This document shows positions 58,175 through 64,000 of a stretch of 64,000 bases of DNA, one piece after another (position 1 is the first letter of the stretch; each line of letters starts with the position of its first letter). The position numbers and the translations under genes are program-made. Below the pieces are notes generated by a model that saw nothing but the letters and a program-made list of their open reading frames with translations, ran no database searches and was not told the origin of the DNA. The stretch comes from Anolis carolinensis (lineage: Eukaryota), in NCBI RefSeq assembly GCF_035594765.1, contig NW_026943823.1, forward strand, positions 1,550,001 through 1,614,000, in the 5' to 3' direction.

Positions 58175-60229
58175 ATGGAGACCAGAAAGCTAATTACCGC
58201 AACAGACAACCAGTACTCTGGTATGCTCTTAAAGGCCTTGGACGAGCAGCGTGGCCATGGACTTTTCTGTGACGTCACCGTCATTGTGGAGGACCGGAAA
58301 TTCCGAGCCCACCGAAACGTCCTCTCGGCCTCAAGCACTTACTTCCAGCAGCTCTTCTCGGTGGCCGGGCAAGTGGTGGAGCTGAACTTTGTCAGGGCGG
58401 AGATTTTTGCGGAGATCCTCAACTACATCTACAGCTCCAAAATAGTCCGAGTGAGGTCGGACTTGCTTGATGAGTTGATCAAATCGGGGCAGCTGCTGGG
58501 GGTCAAGTTTCTGGCCGACCTGGGGGCCCCTCTGCAGCAGGTGAAGAACATGTCCGGCGGGATGGGGCCCGGCGCTTCGGACATCCCCAACCCGGATGCA
58601 AACAGCCTCGAAGCGCAGAACCCTCCGGCCCAGCCCAAGACGCGGAATCTCATCGATGAGAGACCGGTGATAATGGAGACGTTTTCTCTGTGCGACAAGG
58701 AGTGCGACAACACGAAAATCACCATTAGCGATTCCGACGATGATGACGACGACGTCATTTTCTGTTCGGAGCTCGTGGCACCAAAGGAGCCCAAAGCGGC
58801 GACCCCAGGCCAGGCTTGCTCAAGCTCAGTGGGGGCCTCTGAGCAAACAAATTGTAGCAACAACACCTCTCCTCAATCTGTTGCGGCTTCGAGGCTGGAC
58901 TCCTCCGCCGTTCAGCCAAACCCAAGCGAAAGCCAAGCACCGGCTGAACCGTCTGCGCCTTCTGCTCCGAAGGCAGCAGCTCCTAACATCCTGACATCGC
59001 CGGATGTTAGTTCGTCGCACGAAATAGAGGTGTCTCCTATCCCTGAGGAGAATCAGCCGCCGTGCCACAATGATTCTTTGACAGACATGGAAACCAACGC
59101 CGTTGACGAGGAGGAAGATGAGGACGAGGATGTGGAAGATGACGACGACATCCTTGGCGCGTCCAGCCCGGGCTCGGCGAGCAGTAGCTCCTTGGTCCAG
59201 CAGCCCACTACTCCCAAGCCTACTATTGCTGCTGCTGCTACTACTAGTACTACTACTGATGTTACTACTGCTGCTGTTGTGTCTACGACCGAGAACACGG
59301 GGCTTCAGAAGACGCAAGCGACCTCCCTCCTGCAGAAGCCGGTCCCACAATCGAACGAGTTCAACATAAAGATTTCGAACGTTATTTCTGCGAGTAAAAA
59401 GGAGGCTCCGCCGGGCGTTGGACCGAAGCACATAACCGAAGGCCAGAAGACGATCACTTTGGACACAGCCACGGAGATTGACAGCTTGTCGACGGGTTGC
59501 AAGGTGTACGCGAACATCGGCGAAGACACCTACGACGTGGTCATTCCGGTGAAGGACGAGGCCGACGGGGAGGTCCGGCTGGACGACGTGCCCAGGACGT
59601 CGGGGGACGATGCCACCGACAGGAAGCGGCTGAAGGTCAAGCACGACGACCATTATGAACTCATCATGGACGGGAAAGTTTATTATATCTGTATCGTGTG
59701 CAGGAGGTCCTACGTTTGCCTGACCAGTTTGCGGAGACATTTTAACGTCCACTCCTGGGAGAAGAAATACCCCTGCCGCTACTGCGAGAAGGTTTTCCCT
59801 CTCGCCGAGTACCGCACCAAGCACGAGATCCACCACACCGGGGAGAGAAGGTACCAGTGCTTGGCGTGCGGTCAGTGCTTCATCAACTATCAGGTCATGG
59901 CGACACACCTGCGGTCCGTGCACAGCCAGGATCCTTCCGGGGAGTCCAAGCACTATCGCCTGCACCCGTGTCGCTCTCTGCAGATCCGAAATTACGCATA
60001 TATTTCAGGTAGTTCTAGCAATAATATTCCGATGGCGAATGACAATGCTCTCGTTTATCCCGTTGCTCCTGCAAAAGATGCTTCTTCTCAGGAACCGGCC
60101 CCGAACCCTCCGACAAAGCCAATGACATGGGATGATATCTTTGTTCCGCAGGGGAACGAATCCCTCTTTAAACAAAACCCATCCGACGGCAGTACTGAGT
60201 TTGAGTTTGTGATACCCGAATCTTATTGA
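58175..60229 (+). CDS. ZBTB33: Transcriptional regulator Kaiso (BTB/POZ plus three C2H2 zinc fingers, 684 aa, single coding exon)
   Basis: METRKLITATDNQYSG..GLFCDVTVIVEDRKFRAH BTB domain; CIVCRRSYVCLTSLRRHFNVH, CRYCEKVFPLAEYRTKHEIHH, CLACGQCF; ends EFEFVIPESY. The acceptor tag|GTATG at 58172 places the start at 58175. Confidence 0.97.
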   Translation: METRKLITATDNQYSGMLLKALDEQRGHGLFCDVTVIVEDRKFRAHRNVLSASSTYFQQLFSVAGQVVELNFVRAEIFAEILNYIYSSKIVRVRSDLLDELIKSGQLLGVKFLADLGAPLQQVKNMSGGMGPGASDIPNPDANSLEAQNPPAQPKTRNLIDERPVIMETFSLCDKECDNTKITISDSDDDDDDVIFCSELVAPKEPKAATPGQACSSSVGASEQTNCSNNTSPQSVAASRLDSSAVQPNPSESQAPAEPSAPSAPKAAAPNILTSPDVSSSHEIEVSPIPEENQPPCHNDSLTDMETNAVDEEEDEDEDVEDDDDILGASSPGSASSSSLVQQPTTPKPTIAAAATTSTTTDVTTAAVVSTTENTGLQKTQATSLLQKPVPQSNEFNIKISNVISASKKEAPPGVGPKHITEGQKTITLDTATEIDSLSTGCKVYANIGEDTYDVVIPVKDEADGEVRLDDVPRTSGDDATDRKRLKVKHDDHYELIMDGKVYYICIVCRRSYVCLTSLRRHFNVHSWEKKYPCRYCEKVFPLAEYRTKHEIHHTGERRYQCLACGQCFINYQVMATHLRSVHSQDPSGESKHYRLHPCRSLQIRNYAYISGSSSNNIPMANDNALVYPVAPAKDASSQEPAPNPPTKPMTWDDIFVPQGNESLFKQNPSDGSTEFEFVIPESY

Positions 60230-60753
60230 AACGATCAGAAATGGAAATGTGTCTTTTTAAAATATACATAAAAAAGCAAAGTTAAAAAAAAATATCCCCA
60301 CAACTCCTTAAATGGGCTGCTCGGAAAAAAAAGTTGTAGAACATCTCATGTTATGTAACAAAGTCTGTGTGTTTTATACCTAGCCAGCAAAAAGGTAGTG
60401 TTTTAAAAGTAGAATACCTGTGATGTTTTGGGTGACCTTGTGAAAGATGCTTGGACGGAAGGGAAACACCTTTATTTGAGTACAGGCAAAGTTGTTTAGG
60501 AAATTACACACTCGGAGCACTTAGCTCATCGGTATCAATCCGGATCTGGAACGTTTTTGTTTGGAAAAGCATTGTTTCTTCCCAACCACAACAAAATGTA
60601 GAATAATGGGAATATTGCCACCTGAAACACTTACTATGTATTCCCTTCTTTCATATTAGCACTTTAAAGCAGAAAGTCCTTTCATCATTAAGGCTTGAGA
60701 CTGCAAAAGGGCAGTCGGGATAGGTTTTTAAAAAATATAAATCAATACGGTAT

Positions 60754-61470
60754 TTGGGTTGCTGTGAATTTTCCGGGCTGTATGGCCATGTTCCAGAAGC
60801 ATTCTTTCCAGACGTTTCACCCACATCTATGGTAGGCATCTTCAGAGATTGTGGGGTCTGTTGGAAACTAGGCAAGAGGGGTTTATTATATATCTGTGGG
60901 AGAAAGTTGCAATTAGTCACCTTGATTAGCATTGGATAGCCTTGCAGCTGCAAGCCTGGCTGCTTCCTACTTGGGGAAATCCTTTGTTAGCTGGTCCTGA
61001 TTGTTTCCTGTCTGGAATTCCCCTGTTTTCAGAGTGTTGTTCTTTATTTACTGACCTGATTTTAGTTTTTAAAAAAAATACTGGTAGCCAGATTTTGTTC
61101 ATTTTCATGGTTTCCTCCTTAATGTTGAAATTGTGGATTTCAATGGAATATGAAACAATCAGGGCCAGCTAACAGCAACAGAGGATTCCCCCAGGCTGGA
61201 AGCAGCCAGGTCTTGAAGCTGCAAGGCATTTCAATGCCAATCAGAGTGATTAATTGCAACATTCACACCTGCCTCGAACAGACAAGAGTTCTTTCTCCCA
61301 CCCTGGACATTATTCCAGATATATAAATTCCACTTGCCTAGTTTCCAATATACCTCTGAGGTTGCCTGCCATAGAAACATCAGGAGAGAATGCTTCTGGA
61401 ACAAGGCCATACAGCTCAGAAAACTCACAGCAACCCAGTGATTCTGGCCACGAAAGCCTTCGACAACACA
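60754..61470. mobile_element. Inverted pair of Penelope-like fragments (60754-61130 minus, 61153-61470 plus)
   Basis: Mutually complementary segments, e.g. gggttgctgtgaatttt and aaaactcacagcaaccc. Confidence 0.75.
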
Positions 61471-64000
61471 ATAAGGTAGCTTAGCTCAGTGCGGGTCCAA
61501 CAGTCTTATTCACAAATCCCATTATTTTTTGGGGAACGCACCCTAATTCCATTTTTTTCTGCCTAAAAACACTCAAGGTGAATGTGAGCCATCCTGGGGA
61601 AGAAGTGAGATCCTCTGAATGGGGGGAACTCGGAAGTTTTATTTATATTTGGTCTTGAAATTTATCCGGTGGCTGGACCATCTTTTGACGTTCTGTCAGT
61701 CGAAAGTCCAAGTGATGCTGATGGAAGAACAACCTTTTGTTTTTTCTGATACTGAGGAATTATGTTGGACCTTCTTTTCTACTGAAAATACCTTGATGTC
61801 TTGGATTAAGTAGCTGTTTTGCCTTTTTTTTCTTGTTGCTTCTTATGGGGAAAAGTGGTGACAGATAGAGTTGTGCAGGTTCTTAAGGACATAGAAGCTG
61901 CTTCAGAAATGATGTTTTTGGTTTCAGAACCTATTTCAGGAATCAAGTTCACACACTTGAACATCTTTTGGTCAGTTTATGGCATCCACATTTCATTCCT
62001 TCGGTGGTCTGCTTCCCTTGCAGATTGATACACATGTTATATAATGTTTGGGTAAAAGCACGAGCAAGAAATACTCACCCTGAACATTCAATTATCATGT
62101 AGTCTTGTTGCTTTGTCAAGTATTCCCAATTGTGTAAGTTATAATACAGGGAATATTGAAGCAAACCCTCTAAGGACTCTCACGATTAGATCACATCAGT
62201 GGCATGTAATTACATTTTTTCCCCATATTTTGGGAATATTTTTAGTTTTCATTGCTGTTTTCCCAAGTAAGCCTCTGTTTCATATTGAAAAGAATAATCC
62301 CTGGACCTTTTTAAAAGTCAGTTCAAAAGTCAATGTTTTGTTGGAGTAAACGACTGATCTGTATCAAGCCGTGGGAATCAGTGCGTGTAATAACAAGACG
62401 AAGAAAAATGACGTGATGTTGATGTAAAACACAGCTCTTCTTGTTCTTTAGGCCGAGACTAAACTTGTTTAGAGGTGGAGTTTATGAAAGTAGTTTTGTA
62501 AACCATGTTTTGAAACGGGCACTTCGTATTTAAGTGCATGGTTGGTGATTTTATTTTGGTCATGCAGTCGGGTACAAGAGGCATCCTTCACTCACGTTTT
62601 AGGAGTTTGGATCTTTACAAAAAGAACATTGGATTGAAAAAGCTGCTTTGTGCACAATGGAAACTTGCCTCTTATTGTGATCCGTGATACCTTTTGAGAT
62701 GTTAAACCAGTGCCTATTGAGACTGAATATTGCAAAGGAAGGCTGGAAGATTAGGGTTCGGAGCGGTGCAGTTTTGCACTTCCCATTCCTCTCAGGTTCC
62801 TCGTTTTGCTGAGGAAGATAGCTTCCCATATCCAAAGTTGGAAGAGTTCATATAAAGTGCATGTTTTTATGTTTTCATGAAATCCTTGCTTCCAAAATAT
62901 TCTGGGGCTGGAAAGAAGCTGGGTCCCCTTTGCATCCCGCCATTGCAAACCCATTGCGTGCTGTTCCTTTTTATTATGAGGATTTCTCCAAACCATAATA
63001 ATGTCAAGCTCACCTTTCCATAGATATGAAAATATTGCCTCCTGGAAGACCATATTCTCAGGATGCTGCTCTGACTAAAATGTACTTTGGAGAGAAATGT
63101 TGCTTATTGCAATTTTTGCAAATTTGCACCAACCCAGAACTCAAGTGTGTTCTGCAGCGTTCGTTTTGGTATCCATTGCAGTCCTTCCACCTGGAAGAAC
63201 TTCTTTCCTGCTTGTAATGCTCTTTTTTTGTGCTGGTTTCCTTCATATTGGGAGAGAAAAGCCTCTTTTGCGACTGCAGACTAAAGGGATTACAGTCCAG
63301 AATGGTCTCACTTCATATTGTATCACGTTTGCAAACAGCGCTTATAGTCCTAAAGCCAACGTCTTGGGGAAGGAGTCTTGTTCAACTTCTCTTTAATTCC
63401 TTTCTTTTTAAAGAATTCACATCACGGCATTCCATTGTATGGCTATAAAACACAACAAAACCCCGATGCATTGCGTATTTATTTCCTATCGAAGCATATT
63501 AACAAAAAAGATGCAAAGGTGGTTTTGTAGCTCAGTGGGTTTTACTGAGCTGTATTTTTTTGGAGGAGGAGGAGGAAAAAGAAATCCAAACAGTACTGTA
63601 ATGTATATATATATAACTTGTACAGTCTTTTCCTTAACCTACGTTTTTGGGAATTGTGTTTCCTTTTAACTAATACTTGACCTATAGTTCTTAGAGCTTT
63701 GTATGGCGAAAATAAAACAAGCTTTTAATTCTACCAAAGTGACGTTGGTTATTTTGAGAAACAAATGGTGCCTCTTCTGCTTGGGATTTTATCAGATATG
63801 GATCTGGCTTATAGTCTTGCACATATGCATCTTCTGCCTTCTGTAAAGAGGCAATTACTCTGAGTGGTAAACAAGACTCTGTTCTAATATGTATACGCAT
63901 TGAAGCGTATAGGGGTGATTGCGTGGTGCTAAGACACCCAAGCCTTGGAACAATTTTTTTAAAAGTAACTTGCAGCATTTTTGTCATAGTTCTTACTGTT

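Noticed and set aside
58826-59965. 379-aa antisense ORF over ZBTB33
   Set aside because: Shadow of the sense CDS.

Overview
Vertebrate genomic DNA, almost certainly a squamate and probably an Anolis lizard, judged from the repeat content (Sauria SINE, R4/Dong, Penelope, Helitron and Tc1/mariner MITEs). It is syntenic with human Xq24. I assembled the exon chains by hand, checking splice dinucleotides and reading-frame phase. Gene order: SOWAHD(+), RPL39(-) hosting SNORA69, UPF3B(-), NDUFA1(+), an unnamed 5-exon stand-alone reeler-domain gene with signal peptide and GPI-type tail (-), AKAP14(+), NKAP(-), ZBTB33/Kaiso(+). RNF113A and the RHOXF cluster, which lie in this block in human, are not seen. 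Introns and intergenic DNA are dense in DNA transposons, LINE fragments and locally amplified tandem arrays (units of about 51, 67, 69, 150, 170, 270 and 367 bp). There are two N gaps. The most notable items are: (1) the reeler-only gene, with a possible membrane/soluble isoform switch; (2) Penelope-derived minimal hammerhead ribozyme motifs, including a 14 x 67-bp array of hammerhead cores just upstream of that gene; (3) GC-AG donors in UPF3B and NKAP, the UPF3B one beside a frameshifting GT; (4) a modular UPF3B/NDUFA1 bidirectional promoter. Gene and repeat-family names come from recognition of the sequence, not from database searches.
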